From an uncultured Gemmatimonadales bacterium (lineage in GTDB: Bacteria > Gemmatimonadota > Gemmatimonadetes > Longimicrobiales > Gaopeijiaceae), in contig CAWGKG010000012.1 of NCBI GenBank assembly GCA_963823035.1, forward strand, positions 192,001 to 256,000: DNA of 64,000 nt, written 5' to 3'. Shown one piece after another: positions 1 to 8,838 of the stretch. The notes below the pieces were generated by a model, which was not told the origin of the DNA, did not search any database, and worked only from the letters and a program-made list of their open reading frames with translations. Numbering within the stretch: position 1 is the stretch's first letter; every line of letters begins with the position of its first letter. A program made the translations under genes and the position numbers.

Positions 1-228
1 CATCGACAGGATCCACATGTCGGCGCCGTACTCGGCCATGAGCCCGGGCAGCACCTTCGTCAGGCGCTGCTCCACCCACTGCTGCATCTCGGCGGCCTGC
101 TCCCGCACCGGAGGGAGCGGGTGGTAGCGCGCCGGCGCCTGCGGCGGGACGTCGGCCGGGGCCTGGGCCGCGAGGGGGACGGCATGAGCCAGCACGAGGG
201 CTGCGGCGACGCGAACGAGGGACGTCAT
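1..228 (-). CDS. N-terminal part of a secreted M24-family (Xaa-Pro aminopeptidase-like) protein, truncated by the window edge
   Basis: Manual translation from ATG 228 gives MTSLVRVAAALVLAHAVPLAAQ...LPPVREQAAEMQQWVEQRLTKVLPGLMAEYGADMWILSM: a signal peptide followed by an N-terminus resembling secreted M24 peptidases. Confidence 0.6.
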   Translation of the reverse strand, partial: MTSLVRVAAALVLAHAVPLAAQAPADVPPQAPARYHPLPPVREQAAEMQQWVEQRLTKVLPGLMAEYGADMWILSM

Positions 229-299
229 GATCGGTACGGGTTGAGGGGACCGGTACGGGGTGGTGACCCGCGGGTCCGGCAACGTAGGGGGAGCGACCG

Positions 300-1532
300 T
301 CACCCCGCCACGAGGACCCAGCCGCTCACGACGAGCCACCCGGCGGCGATGAGCGCCAGCAGGAGGTACTCGACCAGGGGCGCCTGCTGACGACCGCGCT
401 CCCCGTGGAACCACGCCAGCACCGCGGAGGCGAGGACCGCCGCCACCGAGAAGATCACCGTGAGGAGCTTGGAGTCCGCGGGCAGAAGGTCTTCGAGGGC
501 GTCGGCCAGACTGATCAGCGTGATGGCCCCGCCCACCGCCAACAGCACGACCTGGGGCACCCGACGCTTCAGCAGCTCGGCCAGGTCGTTGCCGGGCGCG
601 ACCCCATCGGCGGCCGGCACGGTGGCGCTCCCACCCTCGAGGATCTTCACCACGTCCACGGCGCGTGGGCGGTGCATCGGGTCCTTGGCGAGGCAGCGCT
701 TGAGGAGGTTCGCCGTGGTCGGGTCGACATCGGGGCGGAGGGCGCGCAGGTCACGGGGCTCCTGGCGCAGGTGCGCCGTGATCCAGTCGGTGTTGGAGCG
801 CGCCTCGTAGGGGCCCTCGCCGCACAGCAGCTCGTAGCCCAGCATGCCGAGGAGGTAGATGTCGGCCAACTCGGTCAACTCGGCGTCGTGGAGCTGTTCG
901 GGGCTGATGTAGCGCAGCTCCCCCATGACCTGCCCGGTGCGCGTGAGCCGGGCGCCCTCGTCGGGACCCGTGGACAGCACGGCCGCGATGCCGAAGTCCG
1001 TGAGGAGCGCACGCCCGTTGTCCTCGTCCCAGAGGACGTTCCCGGGACGAATGTCGCGGTGGAGAAAGCCGTTCGCGTGCGCCACGGCGAGGGCGGAAGC
1101 CACCTCGCGCAGCACCTGTCGGGCCTCCGCGACCTCGAGTCGTCCCTCCGCCTTGAGGCGCTCCTCCATCGTGCGTCCCTTCACGAACTGCATCACCAGG
1201 TAGGGCGTCTGGTCGGGGAGCCGACCGAAGCGCTGGACCGCCACCACGTTGGGGTGCTGGGACAGCGACGCGGCGGCGCGCGCCTCGCGCTCGAAGCGCC
1301 GGCGGGAGGTCTCGTCGCCCGCGTGCTCCGCGTTGAGGACCTTGATCGCCACCAGCACGCCCAGCACCTGGTCGCGCGCGAGGTACACCGTGGCCATCGC
1401 CCCCTGGCCGAGGACCCGCAAGACCTCGAAGTCCGCCTCGAGGTCCGCGCGCACGGCGTCGAGGGCGTGGCGCTCGGATCGGATCACCCCGGACTCGCGC
1501 CGGCCCCGGGGCGTGGGGGGGGAGTTCTCCAT
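300..1532 (-). CDS. Hanks-type Ser/Thr protein kinase with C-terminal transmembrane helices
   Basis: Motifs LGQGAMATVY, VAIK, HRDIRPGN, DFG and SPEQ; hydrophobic C-terminal ~80 aa. Start taken at ATG 1532 (MENSPP). Confidence 0.9.
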   Translation of the reverse strand: MENSPPTPRGRRESGVIRSERHALDAVRADLEADFEVLRVLGQGAMATVYLARDQVLGVLVAIKVLNAEHAGDETSRRRFEREARAAASLSQHPNVVAVQRFGRLPDQTPYLVMQFVKGRTMEERLKAEGRLEVAEARQVLREVASALAVAHANGFLHRDIRPGNVLWDEDNGRALLTDFGIAAVLSTGPDEGARLTRTGQVMGELRYISPEQLHDAELTELADIYLLGMLGYELLCGEGPYEARSNTDWITAHLRQEPRDLRALRPDVDPTTANLLKRCLAKDPMHRPRAVDVVKILEGGSATVPAADGVAPGNDLAELLKRRVPQVVLLAVGGAITLISLADALEDLLPADSKLLTVIFSVAAVLASAVLAWFHGERGRQQAPLVEYLLLALIAAGWLVVSGWVLVAG

Positions 1533-1582
1533 GGCATGGAGGATACACGTGATCCTTGACTTCGGACAGCGAACCGCCACAC

Positions 1583-1602
1583 TGTATTAGTTAACTGATA
1601 CA
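1583..1602. promoter_or_regulatory. Candidate GntR/YtrA operator palindrome TGTATTAGTT-AACTGATACA
   Basis: 20-bp AT-rich inverted repeat with one mismatch in very GC-rich DNA. It lies downstream of a TTGACT -35-like hexamer (1556-1561) and ~30 bp upstream of an operon encoding a YtrA-type GntR. Confidence 0.6.
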
Positions 1603-1631
1603 CTGATACACTCACCGACCCGGAGACGTCG

Positions 1632-2786
1632 ATGATCCGCCGAGCCGTCCTCCTCGCCCTCCCGCTGGCGGCGGCAGCGTGCGCGGCGCCCGAAGCGCCT
1701 CCGGAGGCTCGCGAGCTCGCGGTCATGGGGCTCGGAACGCCCCCCCTCCTCGAGATCGGCGTCATGGAGGGCGACGACCACTACACCTTCCAGGACGTGA
1801 CAGGGGTGCTCCGACTCCCCTCGGGCGAGGTGGTCGTGTCCGACGGAGGGTCGGGCGAGGTCACGCGCTACGCCGCCGACGGCTCGTTCGTCCGACGCTG
1901 GGGCGGGCGGGGCGAGGGCCCCGGTGAGTTCCGCGCCCTGTCGCGCGTGTACCCGTGGGCAGGCGACTCCATCGCCGCGCTCGACCAGGCGATCGGCCGG
2001 CTCTCGGTGTTCGACGCGGGCGGGCGTTTCGCGCGGCAGGTCGACGCCCGGGACGTTTCCGGCGACTCGCTGTTCGCGATGGACGTGTGGCTCTACGGCC
2101 GCTACTGGGTGGACGGAGCGGTCGATGCGGCCGCGCGTAGCCGGGTGCGCGCCGCTCTCGACCGCCTCCCGTCACCGACCGCGCCGCCCGGTTATCGCCT
2201 GGTGCGCGTGGCCACGGACGGTCGGTTGTGGATCCGCGAGCCGGCCGTCGAAGGCGACGGCAAGCGGGCCTGGACCGTGCTCGACCCCTCCGGGACGCCG
2301 ACCGCCGTGGTGGACGTCCCCGAGCGTCTCGACCCGCAGTACCTGGCGGCGGATCGGGTGATGGGTCGCTGGCGTGGCGAGAACGACGTGAACTTCGTCC
2401 GCACCTACGCCCTGGTGGACGCCGGCGGCGTGCGGCCGGAGCCCGCCTGGCTCGCATCCCCCGCCGCGCGTCCCGACGTGGCGGCGCCCGCGCAGGAAGA
2501 GTTCCTCGCCCTGATCCGGGGCTCCCTCAAGCAGATGGCCTCCGCCCAGGAGATCCACTACGCGACCCACTACACCTACACCGCCGAGGTGGACTCGCTG
2601 GAGTGGGAGGCCCCCGAGGGGCTGGTCGCGGACGTGGTGCGCGCGGGAACGCGCGGGTGGACCGCGGTCTTCACGCACCCCGGCCTCGACCGCATCTGCG
2701 GGCTCAGCTACGGCTTCAACGTGCCGCCCGGGTGGCAGCCCGGCGCCATCGTGTGCGGTCCGGCCGCCCCCGCAGCGGAGGGCTGA
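1632..2786 (+). CDS. Lipoprotein with a beta-propeller (NHL-like) domain and a C-terminal pilin-like domain
   Basis: Lipobox LAAAAC; GGRGEGPGEF propeller signature; C-terminal LKQMASAQEIHY...GWTAVFTH...C...C. Confidence 0.7.
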   Translation: MIRRAVLLALPLAAAACAAPEAPPEARELAVMGLGTPPLLEIGVMEGDDHYTFQDVTGVLRLPSGEVVVSDGGSGEVTRYAADGSFVRRWGGRGEGPGEFRALSRVYPWAGDSIAALDQAIGRLSVFDAGGRFARQVDARDVSGDSLFAMDVWLYGRYWVDGAVDAAARSRVRAALDRLPSPTAPPGYRLVRVATDGRLWIREPAVEGDGKRAWTVLDPSGTPTAVVDVPERLDPQYLAADRVMGRWRGENDVNFVRTYALVDAGGVRPEPAWLASPAARPDVAAPAQEEFLALIRGSLKQMASAQEIHYATHYTYTAEVDSLEWEAPEGLVADVVRAGTRGWTAVFTHPGLDRICGLSYGFNVPPGWQPGAIVCGPAAPAAEG

Positions 2787-2791
2787 CGGGC

Positions 2792-3175
2792 GTGTTCGAC
2801 GGCGTCGACCCACGGAGCCCGACCCCGCTCTACGAGCAGATCGCCGCGCGCGTGCGCATGGCGGTCGCGGCAGGGGAGCTCGAACCCGGAAACGCGCTCC
2901 CCTCCGTGCGCTCCCTCGCCCGCAGGCTGCGGGTGAACCCGGCCACGGTGGTGCAGGCCTACCGGGACCTGGCTGCGGACGGGTTCGTGGAGCTCCGGCA
3001 CGGCCAGGGCACGTTCATCCAGGAGGTACCGACGTTCCTCCGTGACGAGGAGCGGACGGCGCAAGCGACCAAGCTGGTGCGTACGCTGCTTCAGGATGCG
3101 GCACGGCTGGGGATCAGGGTGGAAGAGCTGGCGCGCGCCCTCCATGCGGAAACGGGAGTCGACATCCGTGAATAG
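2792..3175 (+). CDS. GntR-family (YtrA subfamily) transcriptional regulator
   Basis: GTG start; PLYEQI...LPSVRSLA..L.VNPATVVQAYRDL..DG...HGQGTF wHTH with a short C-terminal helix; precedes an ABC ATPase. Confidence 0.92.
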   Translation: MFDGVDPRSPTPLYEQIAARVRMAVAAGELEPGNALPSVRSLARRLRVNPATVVQAYRDLAADGFVELRHGQGTFIQEVPTFLRDEERTAQATKLVRTLLQDAARLGIRVEELARALHAETGVDIRE

Positions 3176-4076
3176 TGCGATCGAGTTGACCGGCGTCGGG
3201 TGGAAGCCCGGCAAGTCGTTCGAGCTGAAGGACGTGAGCCTGCGGGTGCCGGCCGGGTCCATCTACGGCTTCCTGGGCCCCAACGGGTCGGGGAAGACCA
3301 CGACCATCCGCATCGTCATGGGGATGCTGAAGCCGGATCGTGGAAGCATCCACATCCTGGGCCGCAGCGTGCCGCACGACATGCCGAGCATCCTCGCTCG
3401 CATCGGATACGTGCCGGAGCGGCCGCACGTCTACCCGGCGCTGACCGTGGCGGAGCAGGTCCGCTATCACGCGTCCTTCTTCAAGCTGTGGGACGCGGGC
3501 TGGGCCAAGGAGCTCATGGAGCGGCTGGCGCTCGATCCGGAACGGAAGATCTCCCGGATGTCGAAGGGCGAGAACGGGAAGCTGCTGATGTTGCTGGCGC
3601 TCTCGCAGCGCCCCGACCTGCTCGTGCTCGACGAGCCCACGGACGGCCTCGACCCGGTCGTGCGTCGCGACGTCCTCGCCGCCGTGCTCGACTACGTGTC
3701 CGAGACGAGCGCCACCGTGTTCATCTCGAGCCACCTCGTGCACGAGCTCGAGCGCTTCTGCGACTGGGTCGGCGTCATGGACGACGGAAGGCTCGTGGCC
3801 GAGCTCCCGATGCAGGCCTTCAAGAACGGCATCAAGCGCATCAAGGTGGCTGACGCGCCCGCCTCTCCCCTGGAGCCGCCCTTCACGATCCTGGCACGCG
3901 AGCGCCTGAACGGCGCCGGAACGGAGACGTGGATCGTGCGCGGTTGGCAGGACCCCATGCGTGACTACTTCGACCGCGCGGGCATCGCCCTGCGCGACGT
4001 CGTCGATCTCGATCTGGAAGAGGGCTTCGTCGAGCTTCTCCGCTCGTCGCGCCCCCGGCCCCACTACCGGAGCTGA
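3168..4076 (+). CDS. ABC transporter ATP-binding protein (YtrB-like)
   Basis: Walker A GPNGSGKTT, signature MSKGE, Walker B LLVLDEPT, SSH loop; GTG start overlaps the gntR end. Confidence 0.93.
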   Translation: MNSAIELTGVGWKPGKSFELKDVSLRVPAGSIYGFLGPNGSGKTTTIRIVMGMLKPDRGSIHILGRSVPHDMPSILARIGYVPERPHVYPALTVAEQVRYHASFFKLWDAGWAKELMERLALDPERKISRMSKGENGKLLMLLALSQRPDLLVLDEPTDGLDPVVRRDVLAAVLDYVSETSATVFISSHLVHELERFCDWVGVMDDGRLVAELPMQAFKNGIKRIKVADAPASPLEPPFTILARERLNGAGTETWIVRGWQDPMRDYFDRAGIALRDVVDLDLEEGFVELLRSSRPRPHYRS

Positions 4077-4079
4077 GCG

Positions 4080-4766
4080 ATGTACCAGCCAATGCTCTTT
4101 CTCCACTGGAAGCAGGTCCGCTTCGGCCTGCTCCCCTTCATCCTGGCGGCCTATGCCCTGCCGCTGCTGGCGGTTCAGGGCCTCGGCGCCAGGCCCGGGA
4201 TGGACGGCGCGTCGCTCATGGCGTACCGCGTGGTGTCGACATCTTCGCTGTGGCTCCCTGCGTTTCCGCTCCTGGCCACGGCCATCGGCGTGACGCTCGC
4301 GCTGTCGTCGTGGAACTGGGACCACCAGCTCGGCCACGTCTATGCGCTCAGCCTGCCCGTGTCACGCATGCGCTACGCGGTCCTCAAGATGGGCGCGGGC
4401 GCGGTCCTCGCGCTTCTTCCGGCCCTCGCCTTCTGGATCGGTGCGCATGTCGCGGTGGCGTCGATCACGTTGCCGCCGGGGCTGCACGCCTACCCGGACC
4501 AGCTAGCGATCCGCTTCCTGGCGGCCACGCTGGTGGCCTACGCCCTCCTCTTCGCGATGGCGGCCGGCACGATCCGGACGACCGTGTGGCTGCTCATCGG
4601 CGTGGCCGCCGCCCTGGTGCTGAGTGTCGTCCTGTCGCAGTGGGTCTTCCCACGCTTCGGCGTCCTGCACGACACCAACCTCGCGGCTTGGCTGATCCGC
4701 ATGCTCTCGCGTGTGCCCGGGCCCTTCCAGGTGTTCACCGGCAACTGGACGCTGATCGATGTCTGA
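4080..4766 (+). CDS. Putative ABC-2 type permease
   Basis: About 6 hydrophobic segments; YALSLPVSR..Y...K motif typical of ABC-2 membrane subunits; operon position. Confidence 0.75.
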   Translation: MYQPMLFLHWKQVRFGLLPFILAAYALPLLAVQGLGARPGMDGASLMAYRVVSTSSLWLPAFPLLATAIGVTLALSSWNWDHQLGHVYALSLPVSRMRYAVLKMGAGAVLALLPALAFWIGAHVAVASITLPPGLHAYPDQLAIRFLAATLVAYALLFAMAAGTIRTTVWLLIGVAAALVLSVVLSQWVFPRFGVLHDTNLAAWLIRMLSRVPGPFQVFTGNWTLIDV

Positions 4767-5880
4767 CGCGCCCGGGACTCGCATCCGGGGGACGCTGCTG
4801 ATGCTCGCCGTCCTCCCGCTCGCGGGGCTCACGGTGCGTACGCCGGTCGGGGCGCAACAAACGGAGGAGGAGCTGGTGCGGCACCTCCACGAGCTCATGC
4901 CTCGTCTCGACTCGGCGCGCGCGGAGATGAAGGCGGCGCGCGCGAAAGCGAACGCACGCAACGCCCGCCGCCAGGTCCGCTCCGTGGACACGCTCATGGT
5001 GGGCCCGCTGCGCATCCTCACGCCGTCCGACGAGCATCGGGTCGCGGAGAGCTTCTTCCGCGACGTCTGGGAGAGAGAATACGCCTCCTTCGTCGACACG
5101 AGCCCGAACCTCGAGCGCACGACCTTCACCTTCCAGTGGGCCGCCGATCCCGGCACGATCCCGGTGGACGGCCCGGTGCGACACGTGGAGATGCTCGCGT
5201 GGCGACCGGCGGCGAGCGTGCGCGCGGCCGTGGTGGACGCGATCTCCATGGCGCTCGGTGACGACCTCCCCGACCCGATCGGGGCGTGGGCCGGCACCGC
5301 GGTGCGTGATCGACCCGAGGCCGCCGCCGCCGTGTTCAAGGAGATGACGGTCACGCCCTCCCGTTCGAACCGCGCCTGTCTGGCCGGACGGGCCGAGGCA
5401 TGCTGGACCTCCCTGGGGCTGGACCTGGATGCGACTCCGTTCGACGACTGGTACGACCCCGACGAACGACGAGCCTTCGTGGCCGCCTTCGGTCCCCGGC
5501 GGAGGGAGGCGTCGACGTGGGAGGCCTGCGTCCAGGCCCGGTCCACGGCGGCGTGCGACCTGTATCTCACGCAGGGGCTCCGGCATCCTCCGATCTCGAA
5601 CCGGGCGGCCCGTGTGGCGGCCCTCCGGCTCGCGCTCCGCGCCGGCGGCGAGGGAGCCTGGGATCGCCTGCGCGCCGATACGACGGCCACACCCGCCGAC
5701 ATGCTGCGCCATGCTTCCGGGCTGACCTCCCTGGAGCTGGCGACGCGCTGGCGCACCTGGATGATGGAGGGGGCGCCCCGGACCCGCGCGGTCCTGGACC
5801 CGCACCTGCTCGTCTATCTCATGTGGATCGTCGCCTTCGCGGCGCTCGCGACGAGGAGCACAAGATGGCGCCAACATTGA
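4759..5880 (+). CDS. Hypothetical exported Cys-rich protein with C-terminal membrane anchor
   Basis: Signal peptide-like N-terminus, CLAGRAEAC motif, C-terminal TM helix plus basic tail; overlaps its neighbours. Confidence 0.75.
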   Translation: MSDAPGTRIRGTLLMLAVLPLAGLTVRTPVGAQQTEEELVRHLHELMPRLDSARAEMKAARAKANARNARRQVRSVDTLMVGPLRILTPSDEHRVAESFFRDVWEREYASFVDTSPNLERTTFTFQWAADPGTIPVDGPVRHVEMLAWRPAASVRAAVVDAISMALGDDLPDPIGAWAGTAVRDRPEAAAAVFKEMTVTPSRSNRACLAGRAEACWTSLGLDLDATPFDDWYDPDERRAFVAAFGPRRREASTWEACVQARSTAACDLYLTQGLRHPPISNRAARVAALRLALRAGGEGAWDRLRADTTATPADMLRHASGLTSLELATRWRTWMMEGAPRTRAVLDPHLLVYLMWIVAFAALATRSTRWRQH

Positions 5881-7031
5881 AGCTCTGGATCGGGCTGGCC
5901 GTGGCCGGCCTCGCCCTGGTGAGCGCCGTGTTCCTGCCACCGGCGAGTTCTCCCGTGAGGCAGCTCCCGCAGCGGCTCCCCCAGGAGGTGCGCGTCACAT
6001 CGCTGGCCGAGGACGCCGCGCGCACTTCGGCGCTCATCCGGCGGATGCGTTGGATGGACTCCCTCCCGGCCCTTGCCCTTGCCGCCGCTCGCGACGGCCT
6101 CGCGGTCGGCGGCGATCCGCGCCTCGTCACCCCGGAGCAGCTCGACACGATCCGCACCCTGCTCCGCGACGAGCTGTCCACGGTCCTTCGCACCGGCGAC
6201 CCCGTCGTGGTGGGGTACTACGTCCAGGCTCCAAACTTCGCGGGCGAGGTGAACGACCACTACGAGGACTTCCGCACTCGCCTCGAGCTGTTCGCCGGCC
6301 GCGTCGACGGCACGCCGTACTGCCTCCTTCTGGACATGCGCGGAGTGCCCCTGAAGGGCGCGACCCTCGACGCCTGGCGGGATGCCGAGGGCACCCGCCA
6401 CAGCGACCTCCTCCACGCGTGCCGACTGGTTGCCGCCTACGGGCTTCCCGGCCCGGAGGTGCGCGCGTGGCTCGCCCGTGGCGGATTCCGGTACGCGGAG
6501 CGCAGCGCGGCGGCCCAGGAGCCGCGGGAAGCGGCGCCGCCATACCAGGATGTCTTCGGGCGTCGGAGCTTCGGGTGGCGTTGGGGGAGCCTGACCCCGG
6601 ACCGTTGCGTGGCCGGCCAACCCGATGCGTGTGTCGACCTCTTCCTGGAGAGGACGGACGCCGCAATCGATCCGTTCGACGGCACCTCCGTCGCGCAGGA
6701 CTTCCCGTTGTCGCTGGGCTCTGCGTTGGCTCCGCCCCGCGCCCCTGCGCTCACCGACGCCGCCCGCTACCTCCTCTCCGACCTGGAGAGGGAACATGGT
6801 CCGGACGCCTTCCGCCGCTTCTGGACGTCCGACCAGGACGTGCCGGCCGCCTTCGCGAAGGCGTTCGGAGAGCCCGTCGGCGCATGGACGGTGCGTTGGG
6901 TCGCGATCCACGTGGGGCTGCAGCGCGGTGGCCCCTCGCTCCCGCGTCGAGGGTGGCTCGGCATGGTGCTCCTGCTCCTCGCGGCCGCGTTCGCCGGAGG
7001 GGTGTGGCAGCGCCGTCGCGCCGTGGCGTGA
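5865..7031 (+). CDS. Hypothetical Cys-rich protein with N- and C-terminal TM helices
   Basis: ATG 5865 (MAPTLKLW); CVAGQPDAC motif; C-terminal TM plus RRR tail. Confidence 0.75.
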   Translation: MAPTLKLWIGLAVAGLALVSAVFLPPASSPVRQLPQRLPQEVRVTSLAEDAARTSALIRRMRWMDSLPALALAAARDGLAVGGDPRLVTPEQLDTIRTLLRDELSTVLRTGDPVVVGYYVQAPNFAGEVNDHYEDFRTRLELFAGRVDGTPYCLLLDMRGVPLKGATLDAWRDAEGTRHSDLLHACRLVAAYGLPGPEVRAWLARGGFRYAERSAAAQEPREAAPPYQDVFGRRSFGWRWGSLTPDRCVAGQPDACVDLFLERTDAAIDPFDGTSVAQDFPLSLGSALAPPRAPALTDAARYLLSDLEREHGPDAFRRFWTSDQDVPAAFAKAFGEPVGAWTVRWVAIHVGLQRGGPSLPRRGWLGMVLLLLAAAFAGGVWQRRRAVA

Positions 7032-7097
7032 GCGGGCTCGACAGGGGCGACGCGAGCGACTTGCGGCCGGCGAGTTGAGAGGGATCGTCCGGTCGCG

Positions 7098-7126
7098 GGC
7101 CCCGGTGCGCCACGCGCACCGGGGCC
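7098..7126. terminator. GC-rich hairpin between convergent genes (possible bidirectional terminator)
   Basis: Perfect 13-bp stem GGCCCCGGTGCGC-CAC-GCGCACCGGGGCC; no clear U-tract. Confidence 0.55.
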
Positions 7127-7166
7127 ACTTCACCGCCGAAACCGTACCGCGCCCGCGTCGCGCTAG

Positions 7167-8804
7167 CTAGCGCGGTCCCGCAGCCTTCACCTCGTCGGGC
7201 ACCTGGTCCGCGAACTTCGCGAAGTTCTCCTTGAACATCGCCGCCAGCTTCGCGGCCTGCGCATCGTACGCGCTGCCGTCCTTCCACGTGCTGCGCGGCT
7301 GCAGCACCGTGGACGGAACGTCCGGCACCGACCCGGGCACGTTGAGCCCGAACACCGCATCCGCCTTGGTCGCCACGTCGTCCAGCTCACCCGCCAGCGC
7401 GGCCTTGATCATCGCCCGCGTGTGACGGAGCGACATGCGGGTCCCGGTGCCGTACGGCCCGCCGGTCCAGCCGGTGTTCACGAGCCACGCGCGTACGTTG
7501 CCGGCCCGCAGCTTCTCACCGAGCATCTCGGCGTACACGCCGGGGTGCCGGGGAAGGAAGGGTGCGCCGAAGCAGGAGCTGAACGTCGCCTTCGGCTCCG
7601 TCACGCCCCGTTCCGTGCCCGCCAACTTCGCCGTGTACCCCGAGAGGAACTGGTACATCGCCTGCTCGGGGGTGAGGCGAGAGATCGGAGGAAGCACGCC
7701 GAAGGCATCGGCGGTCAGGAAGACCACGTTCTTCGGCAGCCCACCCTGTCCGCCGGACACGGCGTTCGGGATGTAGTGGATCGGATAGGAAGCCCGCGTG
7801 TTCTCGGTGATCGAGCCGTCGTCGAAGTCGATCTCCCGCGTCTCTTCGTCGAGCACGCAGTTCTCGAGGATCGTCCCGAACATCTGGGTGGCGCGGTAGA
7901 TCTCGGGCTCGCCTTCGGGGGACAGGTGGATGGTCTTCGCGTAGCACCCTCCCTCGAAGTTGAACACGCCGTGGTCGCTCCACCCGTGCTCGTCGTCGCC
8001 GATGAGCCCGCGCTCGGGATCGGCCGACAGGGTGGTCTTTCCCGTGCCGGACAATCCGAAGAAGACGGCGACGTCCCCGTCCGCGCCGATGTTGGCCGAG
8101 CAGTGCATCGGAAAGACGCCCTGCTCCGGGAGGATGTGGTTGAGCACCGAGAAGATCGACTTCTTGACCTCGCCGGCGTAGCGCGTGCCACCGATGAGCA
8201 CCTCGTTGGCGGCGAAGTTCACCACGATGAAGGCGGGGGAGTTCGTTCCATGCTTCGCGGGATCCGCCTTGAAGTGCGGCGCATGCAGCACGGTGAAGTC
8301 CGGCTTCATGCCCGCGAGCTCCTCGGCCGTGGGCCGCAGGAACATGTTGTAGGCGAAGAGCGAGTGCCACGGGCTCGAGGTCACCAACCGTACGCTGATG
8401 CCGTAGCGCTCGTCGGCGCCCGCCCGTGCGTCCCGGACGTACAGCTCCTGGGCGTCGAGGTAGGCGATCACGTCGGCGCGCAGCGTGGCGTAGTGGTCGG
8501 GCGAGATGGGGAGGTTGACCTTCCCCCAGTCCACCGTGCCCTCGGTCGCGTCGTCACGTACGATGAAGCGGTCGTTCGGCGATCGTCCGGTGTGCGGCGC
8601 GGTGGAGGTCGAAAGGGCGCCCATGTGTGCCATGCGGCCGTCGCCGCATGCGAAGGCCGCCTCGTAGAGTCGTGCGGGCGAGAGGTTCCAGTGAACGGCC
8701 TTGCTGGGATTCAGGCCGTGATGGTCGAGGCCGTAGCTTCCTTCGGTCGACGAGGCCGCGACGCGACGCTCGGGAACAAGGGTTTCCTGCATTTGGGTGG
8801 CCAT
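7167..8804 (-). CDS. pckA: Phosphoenolpyruvate carboxykinase (ATP)
   Basis: HTGRSPNDRF, YAGEVKKS, FFGLSGTGKTTLS, LIGDDEHGW, NFEGGCYAK, ENTRASYP. Confidence 0.98.
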   Translation of the reverse strand: MATQMQETLVPERRVAASSTEGSYGLDHHGLNPSKAVHWNLSPARLYEAAFACGDGRMAHMGALSTSTAPHTGRSPNDRFIVRDDATEGTVDWGKVNLPISPDHYATLRADVIAYLDAQELYVRDARAGADERYGISVRLVTSSPWHSLFAYNMFLRPTAEELAGMKPDFTVLHAPHFKADPAKHGTNSPAFIVVNFAANEVLIGGTRYAGEVKKSIFSVLNHILPEQGVFPMHCSANIGADGDVAVFFGLSGTGKTTLSADPERGLIGDDEHGWSDHGVFNFEGGCYAKTIHLSPEGEPEIYRATQMFGTILENCVLDEETREIDFDDGSITENTRASYPIHYIPNAVSGGQGGLPKNVVFLTADAFGVLPPISRLTPEQAMYQFLSGYTAKLAGTERGVTEPKATFSSCFGAPFLPRHPGVYAEMLGEKLRAGNVRAWLVNTGWTGGPYGTGTRMSLRHTRAMIKAALAGELDDVATKADAVFGLNVPGSVPDVPSTVLQPRSTWKDGSAYDAQAAKLAAMFKENFAKFADQVPDEVKAAGPR

Positions 8805-8838
8805 GCGTGAAAGTCTCCGGATGGGTCTCGGCGTAGCC

